Assembly (NCBI GenBank): GCA_037927135.1
Contig: JAXSPP010000007.1
Location: forward strand, 50,073 to 114,072
Length of the DNA: 64,000 nucleotides
Reading direction: 5' to 3'
DNA from: Candidatus Pampinifervens sinense
GTDB lineage: Bacteria > Aquificota > Aquificia > Aquificales > Aquificaceae
In this document: positions 50,345-61,016 of the stretch, one piece after another
Position numbering within the stretch: the first letter of the stretch is position 1
Layout of the letters: each line of letters starts with the position of its first letter
Notes under the pieces: model-generated
Database searches by the model: none
Seen by the model: the letters and a program-made list of their open reading frames with translations, nothing else
What the model was told of the DNA's origin: nothing
Program-made: the position numbers and the translations under genes

Positions 50345-50757
50345 ACCACGTCCTCCTCTCTTGGTCTTACTAATATTAAACCACAAAGGCTAAGCAAATA
50401 CCCAATAAAGAGAGTATCAAGGAGGGCAAAGACAATGAAGATAACAAGGGAAAGGGCAAAGGGTAAAAGGGCAAGGGAGAAGAGCCAAAAGTACCTGCGG
50501 GTGGCCGTATAGCTCCAATGTATATCCTTAGAAGACTCTATGGGAAAGGACCTTTTCCTGATGAGGTAAAGTATGGGTAGGATTATAAGACCTATTATAA
50601 GAAGGGAAAAGTTTGTAAAGAGGGGGAGGTTGGGATGGACTGGTAGTCTAAAGTAAAAGTATAGAGGAAGGCAGGCCAAGAAGATTATTCCTGATGAGAT
50701 TATAAAGGCGCGATAAAGGTCTTTTGCCCTTTTTCTATAAAGTTGTAATCTATCCAT
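50341..50757 (-). CDS. hypothetical membrane protein
   Basis: About 4 TM segments; start moved to ATG 50757 to avoid overlap with the ArsR gene. Confidence 0.65.
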   Translation of the reverse strand: MDRLQLYRKRAKDLYRAFIISSGIIFLACLPLYFYFRLPVHPNLPLFTNFSLLIIGLIILPILYLIRKRSFPIESSKDIHWSYTATRRYFWLFSLALLPFALSLVIFIVFALLDTLFIGYLLSLCGLILVRPREEDVV

Positions 50758-50775
50758 ATTAGCATGATATAATAT
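50756..50775. promoter_or_regulatory. possible ArsR-type operator and -10 element
   Basis: Inverted repeat ATATTA-N8-TAATAT containing TATAAT, upstream of the ArsR-trxA-trxB run. Confidence 0.3.
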
Positions 50776-50794
50776 AGGCAAGTGAGGTGTGAAC

Positions 50795-51085
50795 ATGCAG
50801 ACTGAGATTTTGAGTGAAGAGAGGTTAGAGGAGTGGGCTGAGTTTTTAAAAGCCCTTGCCCATCCTATAAGGTTAAAGATAATATCTGTTCTCATTGAGG
50901 GAAAGCAATGTGTTAAGAACCTTAGTGAGCTCCTCCACACATCTCAGCCCAATGTATCCCAACACCTTAGCATCCTAAGAAGTAAGGGCATACTGGGCTG
51001 TAAAAGGGATGGTTCTATAGTATGCTACTACATCAAGGATGAAAGGGCTGTAGAGATCTACAAAATACTTAGTAAGGAGGCGTAA
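50795..51085 (+). CDS. ArsR/SmtB family regulator
   Basis: LKALAHP.RL.I, SQPNVSQHL..L. Confidence 0.9.
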   Translation: MQTEILSEERLEEWAEFLKALAHPIRLKIISVLIEGKQCVKNLSELLHTSQPNVSQHLSILRSKGILGCKRDGSIVCYYIKDERAVEIYKILSKEA

Positions 51086-51086
51086 G

Positions 51087-51413
51087 ATGGCAGGAAGCGT
51101 AATAGTTTTGACAGAAGCCAACTGGCAAAGGGAAGTGATAGAATCGGATATGCCGGTAGTTGTGGACTTTTGGGCTCCGTGGTGTGGGCCATGTAGGATA
51201 ATAGCACCCATCATTGAAGAGCTTGCTATGGAGATGGGAGACAGGGTGAAGTTTGGAAAGCTAAACACAGACGAAAACCCCAATATAGCCATGAGGTATG
51301 GCATAAGGGCCATTCCAACCATAATGCTCTTCAAAAACGGTGAGGTGGTAGATACCCGCATAGGTGTACAACCTAAAGAAGCACTAAGGCAGATGATATT
51401 GAGCCACCTTTAA
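51087..51413 (+). CDS. trxA: thioredoxin
   Basis: DFWAPWCGPC, IPT. Confidence 0.97.
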   Translation: MAGSVIVLTEANWQREVIESDMPVVVDFWAPWCGPCRIIAPIIEELAMEMGDRVKFGKLNTDENPNIAMRYGIRAIPTIMLFKNGEVVDTRIGVQPKEALRQMILSHL

Positions 51414-51415
51414 AG

Positions 51416-52354
51416 ATGGAGCTTTCTGAGGATATACTTTACGATACCATTATAGTAGGTGGTGGGCCAGCTGGGTTGACCGCTGGCCTATACTGTGCTA
51501 GAGCAAAGTTAAAAACCCTTCTTTTTGAAAAAGGAACACTCGGTGGGCAGATAGCCATTACAGACCTTGTGGAGAACTATCCTGGCTTTCCAGAAGGGAT
51601 AAGCGGTAAAGAGCTCACCAGAAGGTTCAAAGAGCAGGCTGAGCGTTTTGGCCTTCAGATAGTAAGAAAAGAAGTGATAAAGATAGAAAGGGTGGGTAAA
51701 GAACTCTTTGTTCATTTGAGGACCGGAGAGCTTTTGAGGAGCAAAACGATCATACTTGCGGTAGGATCCACTCCTAGAAAGCTTGGTGTGCCTGGTGAGG
51801 AGGAGTTTTTAAATCGTGGTGTATCTTACTGTGCTACCTGCGATGGAGCTCTCTTTGAAGGGGTTCCTGTAGCTGTAATTGGTGGAGGAGACTCGGCCAC
51901 GCAAGAGAGCCTATTTTTAACAAGGTTTGCAAACAGGGTTTATCTCATACATAGAAGAGATCAGCTAAGGGCCCAAAAACACCTTCAAGAGAAGGTCTTT
52001 TCCAACCCAAAGATAACCTTCGTTCCTAACAAGGTGGTGGAGGAGATAAGGGGTAAGGACTTTGTGGAGAGTTTATTACTCAGAGATACAAAGGATGGTA
52101 GTCTTTCGGAGCTTCCCGTGGAGGGTGTCTTTATATTTATAGGCCTTGAGCCCAATACGGGATTCCTTAAAGGAGTAGTAGATTTGGACGATAAAGGATA
52201 TATCATCACCGATGAGAGGATGAGAACTTCTATGGAGGGTGTTTTTGCTGCTGGAGACTGTAGAAGTGGTGCCACAGGACAGGTAGCTGTGGCTGTTGGA
52301 GAAGGATGTATTGCGGCCATAGAGGCAGAAAGGTATATAGAGAGTAAATTCTAG
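51416..52354 (+). CDS. trxB: thioredoxin-disulfide reductase
   Basis: GGGPAG, ENYPG, GVSYCATCDG, GGGDSA, FAAGD. Confidence 0.97.
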   Translation: MELSEDILYDTIIVGGGPAGLTAGLYCARAKLKTLLFEKGTLGGQIAITDLVENYPGFPEGISGKELTRRFKEQAERFGLQIVRKEVIKIERVGKELFVHLRTGELLRSKTIILAVGSTPRKLGVPGEEEFLNRGVSYCATCDGALFEGVPVAVIGGGDSATQESLFLTRFANRVYLIHRRDQLRAQKHLQEKVFSNPKITFVPNKVVEEIRGKDFVESLLLRDTKDGSLSELPVEGVFIFIGLEPNTGFLKGVVDLDDKGYIITDERMRTSMEGVFAAGDCRSGATGQVAVAVGEGCIAAIEAERYIESKF

Positions 52355-52367
52355 AGGGTAAGAAGGA

Positions 52368-53450
52368 ATGAACTATCAGGGAGGGTTTGAAACTTTTAAG
52401 GAAGCAACCAAGTATATGTTTGAATCTCCTAGTCTTTATGATGTGATCTTTGTTGTAGTTGGATTTGTTTTTGCCGTAGGTCTTCTAATAGTTTTTCCAT
52501 ATATGTGGTCAAGGTACAAGGCTAGGATACATCTAAAAGAGGAGTTCTTTTCTACGGGTAAAAATGTGGGCCTTTCTCTTCCTGAGCTGTCTTTGATGTG
52601 GAAATGTGCAAAGGCTATGGATGAACCTACTAAAGTGCTTTATAACAAAGCTGTTTTTGAAAAATGTGTAAACAAGCTTGTTAAAGAAGATATATCTGTG
52701 ATAGAACAGGTGTCTCATATAAGAAAGAAGCTTAGGTTTGATAGCTTGCCATGGTTTTTACCCCTTAGTAGTACAAAGGATATTGATGTTTATCAAACGG
52801 GTTTTTTATCCTTTGAAGATGTAGCTTACAGTGCTGCCGTATGGGACAAGAACGAGTTAGAACTTCATATAGCCATACTTGATATAGTTATAAAAGCTCC
52901 AAAGGAAGGTGATAAAGTTAAGTTCTCTTTTCTAAGGGAGGATGATGGTAGATATTACTTTCAAAGTGAGGTTATAAGAACCTATAAAGATGGGACTAAG
53001 CTTGTGGTTGTTGTTCCTCATACAGATCAACTTTCAAAAATACAGCTAAGAGAGCACCTAAGATGGAAGGTGAACATACCGGCAAAAGTGTTTTTTGGCT
53101 TGGATAAGATGAAGTTCTTTGAGGAGGAGCCAGAAGAGTATATAGATGCTGTCATAGAGGATATAAGCCCGCAGGGTGCCAAGGTTTGTGTGCAAAGGTT
53201 TATAGAAGCAAAGCTTGAGGACAAGATAATCTTACAGTTTGAACTAAAGTCCATACCTATAAGGACTGTAGGAACGATAAAGAACATCAGGACAGGGTTT
53301 GAAAAGGTATGCTTTGGAATCAAATTTGAAAGCATAGGAAAGGCAGAGGAGGATTTTATAAGAAGGTTTATACTAGAAGAGCAAAGGGAAATACTTAAAG
53401 CTTATAAAATGGGTGAATTTAGAGAAGGTTCCTCTTCTTTAGGGCCTTGA
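52368..53450 (+). CDS. membrane-anchored YcgR/PilZ flagellar brake-like protein
   Basis: PilZ motifs QLREHLR and DISPQG; N-terminal TM. Confidence 0.8.
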   Translation: MNYQGGFETFKEATKYMFESPSLYDVIFVVVGFVFAVGLLIVFPYMWSRYKARIHLKEEFFSTGKNVGLSLPELSLMWKCAKAMDEPTKVLYNKAVFEKCVNKLVKEDISVIEQVSHIRKKLRFDSLPWFLPLSSTKDIDVYQTGFLSFEDVAYSAAVWDKNELELHIAILDIVIKAPKEGDKVKFSFLREDDGRYYFQSEVIRTYKDGTKLVVVVPHTDQLSKIQLREHLRWKVNIPAKVFFGLDKMKFFEEEPEEYIDAVIEDISPQGAKVCVQRFIEAKLEDKIILQFELKSIPIRTVGTIKNIRTGFEKVCFGIKFESIGKAEEDFIRRFILEEQREILKAYKMGEFREGSSSLGP

Positions 53451-53619
53451 TTATCCTCTTTCTTGCTTGTCTTTCTTTCCTTTTTCTCTTTTCACTGGGC
53501 TTTTCGTAAAACTGGCGCCTTTTCACTTCTGTTAATATACCTTCCTTTTCCACGATCCTCTTGAACCTCTTTAAAGCCTTCTCAAAAGGCTCATCCTCCA
53601 AAACTTCCACTATCGCCAA
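53419..53619 (-). CDS. rpsU: 30S ribosomal protein S21
   Basis: [11 protein letters not shown]...KEG, FYEKPS..RK. Confidence 0.97.
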   Translation of the reverse strand: MAIVEVLEDEPFEKALKRFKRIVEKEGILTEVKRRQFYEKPSEKRKRKERQARKRIIKALKKRNLL

Positions 53620-53633
53620 CCTTCATCACCTCC

Positions 53634-56009
53634 TTAAGTTTTTCTTGAACTATTAAAAATTATATCAAAAACTTCCTCCAAGTGTTCAACAAAGTAAAGC
53701 TTCATGCTCTCTCGCACATAGGAAGGAAGGTCTTCCATCACCTCTTCCTTGTTCTTAGAGGGCAAGATAACCTCATAGATGCCAGCCCTTTTGGCTGCCA
53801 ATATCTTTTCCTTTAGGCCACCTACTGGAAGCACCCTACCCCTTAGGGTAACCTCGCCAGTCATAGCTATATCCGTCCTAACCTCTTTGCCCGTAAAGAG
53901 GGAAAGCAAGGCCACCGCAATGGTAATGCCCGCAGAGGGCCCATCCTTTGGCACAGCACCCTCCGGCACATGTATATGAACATCCACCTGAGAGAAGATA
54001 TCTGGATCTATGTTATACTCCTCAGCCTTTGACTTTATATAGGATAAAGCTGCCTGAGCAGATTCTTTCATCACATCTCCCAACGATCCTGTAAGTATAA
54101 GGTTGCCCTTTCCTTTAAACTTTGTAGCCTCTATTATCATTATCTCTCCACCTACTTCTGTCCATGCCAGACCTACCGCTATACCTACCATAGGCTTTTC
54201 TTCCGATATTACATACCTTTTAGAAACTCCTAGGAAGGTCTTTATATCCTGGGCCCTCACTTCAAAGGGTGGGGACTCTCCCTTGAGACGTTTTAAGGCA
54301 AGCTTCCTCAGTATGGAGCTTATCTGTCTTTGAAGGTTTCTTACACCAGACTCCCTTGTATAACCCCTAATGACCTCAAGGAGGGCATCGTCGGTAAATA
54401 TGACCTGTCCATCCTTAAAACCATGTTCTGGCAAGAGTTTTGGAATAAGGTGGTTCTTTGCTATAAAGACCTTCTCTTCTTCTGAGTAGCCAGAGAGGTA
54501 TATCACCTCCATCCTATCAAGAAGTGGCCTAGGTATTGTATCTACCCTGTTGGCCGTGCAGATAAAGAACACATCCGAAAGGTCAAAGGGAAGGCCAATG
54601 TAGAGGTCCACAAAGCTTTTGTTTTGTTCTGGATCTAGCACTTCAAGTAGGGCTGCCGCCGGATCTCCCTGGAAGGAAAGGGAAAGTTTATCCACCTCAT
54701 CAAGCACTATAAGAGGGTTCTTTGTGCCCGCCTGCTTTATGGCCTGTATTATCCTGCCAGGCATGGCACCCACATAGGTCCTCCTATGCCCTCTTATCTC
54801 CGCCTCATCCCTTATGCCACCTAGGGATATCCTTACGAACTTTCTCCCTAAGGATTCTGCTATGGACCTCCCAAGGGAAGTCTTTCCAACGCCTGGAGGC
54901 CCAACAAAGCAGAGGATCTGTACCATATGGCTTTTGCCCTTTGTTAGCTTCTTGACAGCCAAGTACTCTATTATCCTCTCCTTTACCTTCTCCAGGTTGT
55001 AGTGATCCCTATCCAATATCTCCCTAGCCTTATCCAGGTCGTACCTGTCCTTTGTTCTTTTGTTCCAGGGAAGTTCAAGCACCCATTCAAGCCATGTTCT
55101 TAAAACCCCTGCCTCGGCAGAGTCAGGATGAAGCTTTTCCAACCTCCTTATCTGCTTTTCTATCTCCTCCTTTGAATCCTTTGGTATCCTTAACTTGCTA
55201 AGCTTCTTCTTATACTCCTCTATCTCCGCCTTCCTTTCATCCCCTTCTCCCAATTCTTCCAATATGGCTTTGAGCTGTTGCCTTAGGAAATACTCCCTCT
55301 GCTCCTTCTCTATCCTTTCCCTTGCCACACCCCTTATCTTGCTTTGAACTTCTAGCAAAGCTACCTCACTTTGAAGTAATTGATGCACAAGCTTTAACCT
55401 TTCTATAGGGTCAAAGGTTTCTAAGACCTTTTGAGCATCGGTAGCCTTTATCTCTAAAATGGATGCGGTAAGGTCGGCCACTTTACCCGGATCTTCCAGA
55501 TCCTTTATAAGCATAAGAAGGTCGGGTATGATCTGCTTGCCAAGCGAGACAGCCACATCCAACTGCTCTTTCACAGACCTTATATATGCCTTTACTTCCT
55601 TAGAGAGGCTTTCAGGGTCTATCTCCACTTCATCCACAGGTTCAACAGTGGCCGTAAAGAAGTCTCCCGTTTGCCTGTATTCTATAAGCCTTGCCCTCTT
55701 TATGCCTTGAACAAGGAGCTTTAGCCTGTTTTCCTCTATAGGCGCAGACCTTATGATATGGGCTATGGTGCCCACCGTGTATAGATCATCCTTTGTGGGC
55801 ACCTCTATGTTCTTATCCTTTTGAAGCACAAGGAATATGAGCCTGTTTCTTCTTAAGGATTCTTCAACAGCCCTAATAGAGAAGTCCCTTCCAACGAAGA
55901 GGGGAACTACCATGGAAGGGAAAACAACAAGGTCTCTGAGGGGCATGGTAGGAATATCAAAGGCTCCTGAAGGCACCTCTGGAATCTTTATAAACTCTTC
56001 TGGAAACAT
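53634..56009 (-). CDS. lon: ATP-dependent Lon protease
   Basis: [32 protein letters not shown]. Confidence 0.97.
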   Translation of the reverse strand: MFPEEFIKIPEVPSGAFDIPTMPLRDLVVFPSMVVPLFVGRDFSIRAVEESLRRNRLIFLVLQKDKNIEVPTKDDLYTVGTIAHIIRSAPIEENRLKLLVQGIKRARLIEYRQTGDFFTATVEPVDEVEIDPESLSKEVKAYIRSVKEQLDVAVSLGKQIIPDLLMLIKDLEDPGKVADLTASILEIKATDAQKVLETFDPIERLKLVHQLLQSEVALLEVQSKIRGVARERIEKEQREYFLRQQLKAILEELGEGDERKAEIEEYKKKLSKLRIPKDSKEEIEKQIRRLEKLHPDSAEAGVLRTWLEWVLELPWNKRTKDRYDLDKAREILDRDHYNLEKVKERIIEYLAVKKLTKGKSHMVQILCFVGPPGVGKTSLGRSIAESLGRKFVRISLGGIRDEAEIRGHRRTYVGAMPGRIIQAIKQAGTKNPLIVLDEVDKLSLSFQGDPAAALLEVLDPEQNKSFVDLYIGLPFDLSDVFFICTANRVDTIPRPLLDRMEVIYLSGYSEEEKVFIAKNHLIPKLLPEHGFKDGQVIFTDDALLEVIRGYTRESGVRNLQRQISSILRKLALKRLKGESPPFEVRAQDIKTFLGVSKRYVISEEKPMVGIAVGLAWTEVGGEIMIIEATKFKGKGNLILTGSLGDVMKESAQAALSYIKSKAEEYNIDPDIFSQVDVHIHVPEGAVPKDGPSAGITIAVALLSLFTGKEVRTDIAMTGEVTLRGRVLPVGGLKEKILAAKRAGIYEVILPSKNKEEVMEDLPSYVRESMKLYFVEHLEEVFDIIFNSSRKT

Positions 56010-56018
56010 GCCTTCCTC

Positions 56019-57392
56019 CTAAGAGATTAGTTCTTCTACAAAGTATTTTGCATCAAAGGGCTGAAGGTCCTCTATGCCTTCACCTACACCTATGAGTTTT
56101 ATAGGTATGCCAAGCTCTTTACATATGGGCACCACCGCACCTCCTTTGGCCGAGCTATCCAGTTTTGTCAGCACTATACCAGTTATGTCCACAGCCTCTT
56201 TAAAGACCTTTGCCTGTTGGATGGAATTTTGACCTGTGGTAGCATCAAGGACCAAAAGGGTTTCTGTGGGCTCTTCAGGAAAGAACTTCCTTATCACCTC
56301 CTTTATCTTTCTGAGTTCTCTTATTAGGGGCTCCTTTGTGTGAAGCCTTCCTGCTGTGTCTATGAGGATAACATCATAGCTTTCATCTTTAGCCTTCTGC
56401 ATGGCTTCATACACCACGGAGGCTGGGTCCGCACCCTCATGCTTTTTCACTATATGGGCTCCGCTCCTTTGGGCCCAGGCTTCTAGCTGTTCTATGGCGG
56501 CGGACCTAAAGGTGTCTCCAGCCACAAGGAGCACCCTTTTGCCCTCCTTGACAAACCTGTAGGCCAGCTTCCCTATGGTGGTAGTCTTGCCAGAGCCGTT
56601 CACTCCCAAAAAGAGATAAACACTTTGACCCTCATGGGGCTCTTTTAAGCTCTCTTGACATCTTCCTATCTGTTCCAAAAGTAGCCTTTTGAAAGTGTCC
56701 AAAAGCTGGTCGGAGGTCTTTAGGTTTTTCCTTATTGCCTCCTTTCTTAGCTCTTCCACTATATACAAGGTGGTTTTGCTTCCCACATCAGCCCTTATTA
56801 GCTTCTCCTCCAGCTCCTCAAAGAACCCTTCGTCTATCTTCCTTCCTGCAAAGATTATTCCAAACTCTATGGCCTCTTTTGTCTTCTTTAGTCCCTTTCG
56901 TAGCCTCTCCAAAAGGCCCTCTTTTGGCAAAAGGCCAAGCTCTTCCTTTATCTTATTTATCACCTCCTCCACTTCCTGCCTTTTGAGAAGGGGTGCTAAA
57001 GAAAGGGACCTGTTTAAATACTCAAGAGCCTCTTGGGGCTTTTTTGCCTGCCACATAAGCATTCCTGCCTTTTTAAGGCTCTCCCAGTCTCCAAGCTTGG
57101 CATACTCCTTGGCAGACTTTTCAAGCTCTCCAACCTTCTCGTATATGAGTGCCTTTTCCTTTGCGCTGGCAAGATCTGGGTCGTAGTGTTCTATGAGCTG
57201 GTAGGCATAGTAGTATTTGCCCTCTTCCATATAAAGCCTGAAGAGAAGGCCCCTTAGCTCTTTGTTTTCTTTGAACCTTTCTAAAATCTCAATGGCCTTT
57301 TCCTTTTTGCCCTTCTCTATAAGGGCCAGTATGGCCCCCTTGTCTCCTTCTTCTGCCAGCTTTTCTTCCTTGGACTTTTTCCAGAAGAGCAT
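56019..57392 (-). CDS. ftsY: SRP receptor FtsY with a TPR-like N-terminal extension
   Basis: GVNGSGKTTT, DTFR.AA, DTAGR, TKLD. Confidence 0.95.
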   Translation of the reverse strand: MLFWKKSKEEKLAEEGDKGAILALIEKGKKEKAIEILERFKENKELRGLLFRLYMEEGKYYYAYQLIEHYDPDLASAKEKALIYEKVGELEKSAKEYAKLGDWESLKKAGMLMWQAKKPQEALEYLNRSLSLAPLLKRQEVEEVINKIKEELGLLPKEGLLERLRKGLKKTKEAIEFGIIFAGRKIDEGFFEELEEKLIRADVGSKTTLYIVEELRKEAIRKNLKTSDQLLDTFKRLLLEQIGRCQESLKEPHEGQSVYLFLGVNGSGKTTTIGKLAYRFVKEGKRVLLVAGDTFRSAAIEQLEAWAQRSGAHIVKKHEGADPASVVYEAMQKAKDESYDVILIDTAGRLHTKEPLIRELRKIKEVIRKFFPEEPTETLLVLDATTGQNSIQQAKVFKEAVDITGIVLTKLDSSAKGGAVVPICKELGIPIKLIGVGEGIEDLQPFDAKYFVEELIS

Positions 57393-57404
57393 AGGATTAA
57401 TATT

Positions 57405-58178
57405 TTACTCTACCAAAGCCTGCTTAATCTCCCTCACACTCCTTCTTAACTCCTCAAAGTTCTTCTCCCCAGAAAGTTTTACAAAGTGGCTCCCTACCAC
57501 CACGCCGTCCGCAAGCTTGGCTATCTCTCTTGCATGTTCTGCCTTTGATACACCAAAGCCTACCACCACTGGCTTTTGACATAGGGATCTGTAAAGCTTT
57601 AGCTTCTTCCTTAGTCTCTCTAAAGGCAAGCTCTCCCTTGCTCCCGTTGTGCCAGTAAGGGATACAAAATAGACCATATGATCCGAGTTTTCACATATTA
57701 GCCTTAGCCTTTTTTCCGTGCTTGTGGGAGAGGCTAAAAAGACCAAGGAAAGGCCAAGGCTTGAACAGACCTCTTTTAACTCTTTTCCTTCTTCAGGTGG
57801 TAAGTCTGGCACGATAAAGCCGTCTATGCCAGCCTCTTTTGCCCTTTTGCAAAAGTTTTCATGGCCCATCTTAAAGATGGGGTTGTAGTAGGTCATAAGA
57901 AGGAAAGGCCTTTCTGGAAACTCCTCTCTTAAAGTAGAAGAGAGTTCAAAAACATGATCTGACCTTATACCATTCTTTAGGGCTATCTCGTGGGCATACT
58001 GGATGGTGGGGCCGTCCGCCACAGGGTCCGAAAAGGGAAAGCCTATCTCTAGTATATCTGTGCCTTCCTTTAAGAGTATTCTAAAGGCCTCAAGGGAAGT
58101 CTCATAATCGGGGTAGCCCACCATCATGTAAGAAAGCAATGCCTTTTTACCCTCCTTCCAAAAGCTCTCAAGCCTCAT
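57405..58178 (-). CDS. trpA: tryptophan synthase alpha chain
   Basis: EIGFPFSDPVADGPTIQ, MTYYNP, PDLPPEE, GTTG, GFG. Confidence 0.97.
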   Translation of the reverse strand: MRLESFWKEGKKALLSYMMVGYPDYETSLEAFRILLKEGTDILEIGFPFSDPVADGPTIQYAHEIALKNGIRSDHVFELSSTLREEFPERPFLLMTYYNPIFKMGHENFCKRAKEAGIDGFIVPDLPPEEGKELKEVCSSLGLSLVFLASPTSTEKRLRLICENSDHMVYFVSLTGTTGARESLPLERLRKKLKLYRSLCQKPVVVGFGVSKAEHAREIAKLADGVVVGSHFVKLSGEKNFEELRRSVREIKQALVE

Positions 58179-58572
58179 TTATCACCTCAAAGCTCACATC
58201 TATATCACAAGCCTTAGAAAGCATGGCATAAACACTACAGTATTTATTTACAGAAAGCTTTACAGCATCCTCTACAGCCTTCTCCTTTATGTCCTTACCA
58301 TAAACCTTATACCTTATGCTTATCCTCTCATAGACCCTTGGATGCTCATCCCTCCTTCTACCGACCACCTCAATCTGAATGTCTTTTACCTCTTGCCTTT
58401 TCTTTTTTAGGATGTGAGATATATCTACTCCAGAACAGCCAGCTAGGGCCACAAGGAGGAGCTCCATGGGCCTGTGGCCTTCCTCTCCCACCAGAAATTC
58501 ACCATGGGAAGTTTGGGCCACATATGTGTGTTCTAAGTCCGAAAGCTTAAGGATTACCCTTTTTTCCTCCAT
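58168..58572 (-). CDS. OsmC/YhfA family protein
   Basis: PMELLL.ALAGC, KYCSV. Confidence 0.9.
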   Translation of the reverse strand: MEEKRVILKLSDLEHTYVAQTSHGEFLVGEEGHRPMELLLVALAGCSGVDISHILKKKRQEVKDIQIEVVGRRRDEHPRVYERISIRYKVYGKDIKEKAVEDAVKLSVNKYCSVYAMLSKACDIDVSFEVINEA

Positions 58573-58574
58573 CT

Positions 58575-59012
58575 TTACACGTTGGTGTCTATCAAAAAGA
58601 GTGGCTGTCCATACTCCACCGTCTCACCGTTCTCCACAAGTATTTTTACCACCTTGCCCCTCACATCGCTTTCTATCTCATTCATCACCTTTAGGGCCTC
58701 AATTATGCATAGCACCTGACCGGGGGAGACTATATCTCCTACTTCCACAAAGGGTGGAGCACCGGGTGCAGGAGACCTATAAAAGGTGCCTACCAGAGGG
58801 CTCTTTATAACATGTAGGTTTTCCTTTGGTATGTCCTCCGATGGTGGCATGATCTCCTGATGGCGCACCTGCAAAGGAGCTTCTATCCTTTGAGATATCT
58901 CCTTCTGGTGTGTCTCTATAAAGAGCTTAAAGCCTTCGGCCTCTATGCTTATCTGCTTTATATCGCTTCCCTTTACCAAGTTTATAACTTCCTTTATAAA
59001 CTCTTTGTCCAT
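58575..59012 (-). CDS. accB: biotin carboxyl carrier protein
   Basis: SPLVGTFY..P.P, EALKVMNEI (biotinyl-Lys in ALKV). Confidence 0.93.
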   Translation of the reverse strand: MDKEFIKEVINLVKGSDIKQISIEAEGFKLFIETHQKEISQRIEAPLQVRHQEIMPPSEDIPKENLHVIKSPLVGTFYRSPAPGAPPFVEVGDIVSPGQVLCIIEALKVMNEIESDVRGKVVKILVENGETVEYGQPLFLIDTNV

Positions 59013-59587
59013 TAGGCCCTCTTTACCACTTCTATGTATGCGCCTGTGCGCGTATCAACCCTCACTATATCCCCTTCCTTTACAAAGAAAGGCACTTGAA
59101 TTACCGCGCCCGTCTCAAGCTTGGCAGGCTTTGAACCGCCTGCGGCCGTATCTCCCTTAAAGGCTGGCTCCGTTTCCACCACGGCAAGCTCCACCTGCTT
59201 TGGCAGTTCTATACCTATGGGCTGTCCCTTGTAGAGGAATACCACCACCGTCATACCCTCTTTCAAAAACTTTATCTCCTCTTTGATACTCTCCCGAGGC
59301 ACTGGTATCATGTCATAGGTGGTCTGACTCACAAAGTAATAGTAATCTCCATCGTTGTAAGAATACTCCGCAAAGACTTGCTCAAAGTCTGCCAGCTCAA
59401 TGGCATCGGAGGACTTGTAGGTGATCTCAATCACGTTTCCCGTCTGCATGTTCTTTGCCTTAATCCTCACAAAGGCCTGACCCTTTCCCGGCTTTACATG
59501 CTCGTAGTCCAAAACCCTATGGGGCACTCCATTGTGTTCAATAAACATATCCCTCTGTATGCTGTTTATATCTATCTTCACACCCAT
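59012..59587 (-). CDS. efp: elongation factor P
   Basis: HVKPGKGQAF, KGDTA, KPAKLETG..IQVP. Confidence 0.97.
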   Translation of the reverse strand: MGVKIDINSIQRDMFIEHNGVPHRVLDYEHVKPGKGQAFVRIKAKNMQTGNVIEITYKSSDAIELADFEQVFAEYSYNDGDYYYFVSQTTYDMIPVPRESIKEEIKFLKEGMTVVVFLYKGQPIGIELPKQVELAVVETEPAFKGDTAAGGSKPAKLETGAVIQVPFFVKEGDIVRVDTRTGAYIEVVKRA

Positions 59588-59633
59588 GGTATAAGATTTT
59601 AGCATATATTAGAAGAATCTCCGGAGGTTCAAG

Positions 59634-61016
59634 ATGGTAAAGGAAATGCTAAAGGAGAAAGCTGGTTATCTTCTTTCAAACCTTTTGTCTCAAGGTGGAG
59701 AGTATGGAGAGATCTTTTATGAGAGGGTTCGCACCTGTAGGATACAGCTTGAGGACAACAAGATAGACAAGGTCCAGTGGGGCATAGATGAGGGCGTGGG
59801 CATAAGGCTGATAAAGGATGGCAAAACCTACTACGGATACACCACTGAACCTACCTTTGAAAACCTTATGGAGATAGTGCGTACATTGGCAAGGGGACAG
59901 GGGCATGGGCCTGTTAAGGTGGGCCAAAGGCGCATACGCGGGTGGACAGACTTAAAGATAGATCCAGATGAAAAGGGGATAGACTACAGGGCGGAGTTCC
60001 TCCTTAGGGCAAACGAGACAGCCAGAAGCTATGGAGACAAGGTAAAACAGGTGATGGTGGTCCTCACAGACAGGACGAGGGACATCCTTATCATCAACAG
60101 CCTTGGTGAGATGGCGGAGGACCTTCAAAAGAGGGTGGTCTTTTTCACAGACGTGGTGGCAAGCCAAGATGGCATAATGCAAAGGGGCTATGAATCAGTA
60201 GGAATTAAGGGTGGCTTTGAGATCTTTGAAAGGATAAAGCCTGAAGATGTGGCAAAGAAGGCCACAGAGAGGGCTCTTTTGATGCTTAAGGCCAAGCCTG
60301 CTCCTGCTGGCAACTTTACCGTGGTTTTGGCTGGTCAAGCGGGTGGAACTATGATACACGAGGCTGTGGGCCATGGCCTTGAGGCGGACCTTGTGCAAAA
60401 GGGTCTATCTGTATACAGAGGGAAGATTGGGCAAAAGGTTGCCAGCGAGCTTATAACCGTTTTGGACGATGCCACCCTTGAAAACCACCTTGGTTCCTTT
60501 ACCGTAGACGATGAGGGTGTGCCAGCCCAAAGGACTGTGCTTATTGAAAAGGGCTATCTTGTGGGCTATATGTACGATAGGCTGACGGCCATGAGGGAGG
60601 GAAAAGAATCTACGGGCAACGGCAGGAGGCAGAGCTATGCCCATGTGCCCATAGTTAGGATGACCAACACCTTTATAGCCCCCGGCAAGGACAACCCTGA
60701 GGACATAATAGCGGATACAAAGAAGGGAGTGCTTGTTTTGAAGATGGGTGGTGGTGAGGTAAATACGGTGACTGGAGATTTTGTCTTTGAGATCATGGAG
60801 GGCTATATGATAGAGAATGGGAAGATTACCTACCCCATAAGGTCTGCCACCCTCATAGGCAACGGGCCAAAGGCCCTTATGGATGTGGATGCTGTTGGCT
60901 CAGACCTTGGCTGGAGTATAGGCACATGTGGAAAGGATGGACAGGGTGTACCAGTAAGCGATGCCCAGCCCACCTTAAGGATAAGGTCCATGGTTTTGGG
61001 TGGAACGGAGGTGTGA
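59634..61016 (+). CDS. tldD: TldD metalloprotease
   Basis: HEAVGHGLEAD, DDEG, STGNGRR, RMTNT, CGKDGQ. Confidence 0.95.
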   Translation: MVKEMLKEKAGYLLSNLLSQGGEYGEIFYERVRTCRIQLEDNKIDKVQWGIDEGVGIRLIKDGKTYYGYTTEPTFENLMEIVRTLARGQGHGPVKVGQRRIRGWTDLKIDPDEKGIDYRAEFLLRANETARSYGDKVKQVMVVLTDRTRDILIINSLGEMAEDLQKRVVFFTDVVASQDGIMQRGYESVGIKGGFEIFERIKPEDVAKKATERALLMLKAKPAPAGNFTVVLAGQAGGTMIHEAVGHGLEADLVQKGLSVYRGKIGQKVASELITVLDDATLENHLGSFTVDDEGVPAQRTVLIEKGYLVGYMYDRLTAMREGKESTGNGRRQSYAHVPIVRMTNTFIAPGKDNPEDIIADTKKGVLVLKMGGGEVNTVTGDFVFEIMEGYMIENGKITYPIRSATLIGNGPKALMDVDAVGSDLGWSIGTCGKDGQGVPVSDAQPTLRIRSMVLGGTEV

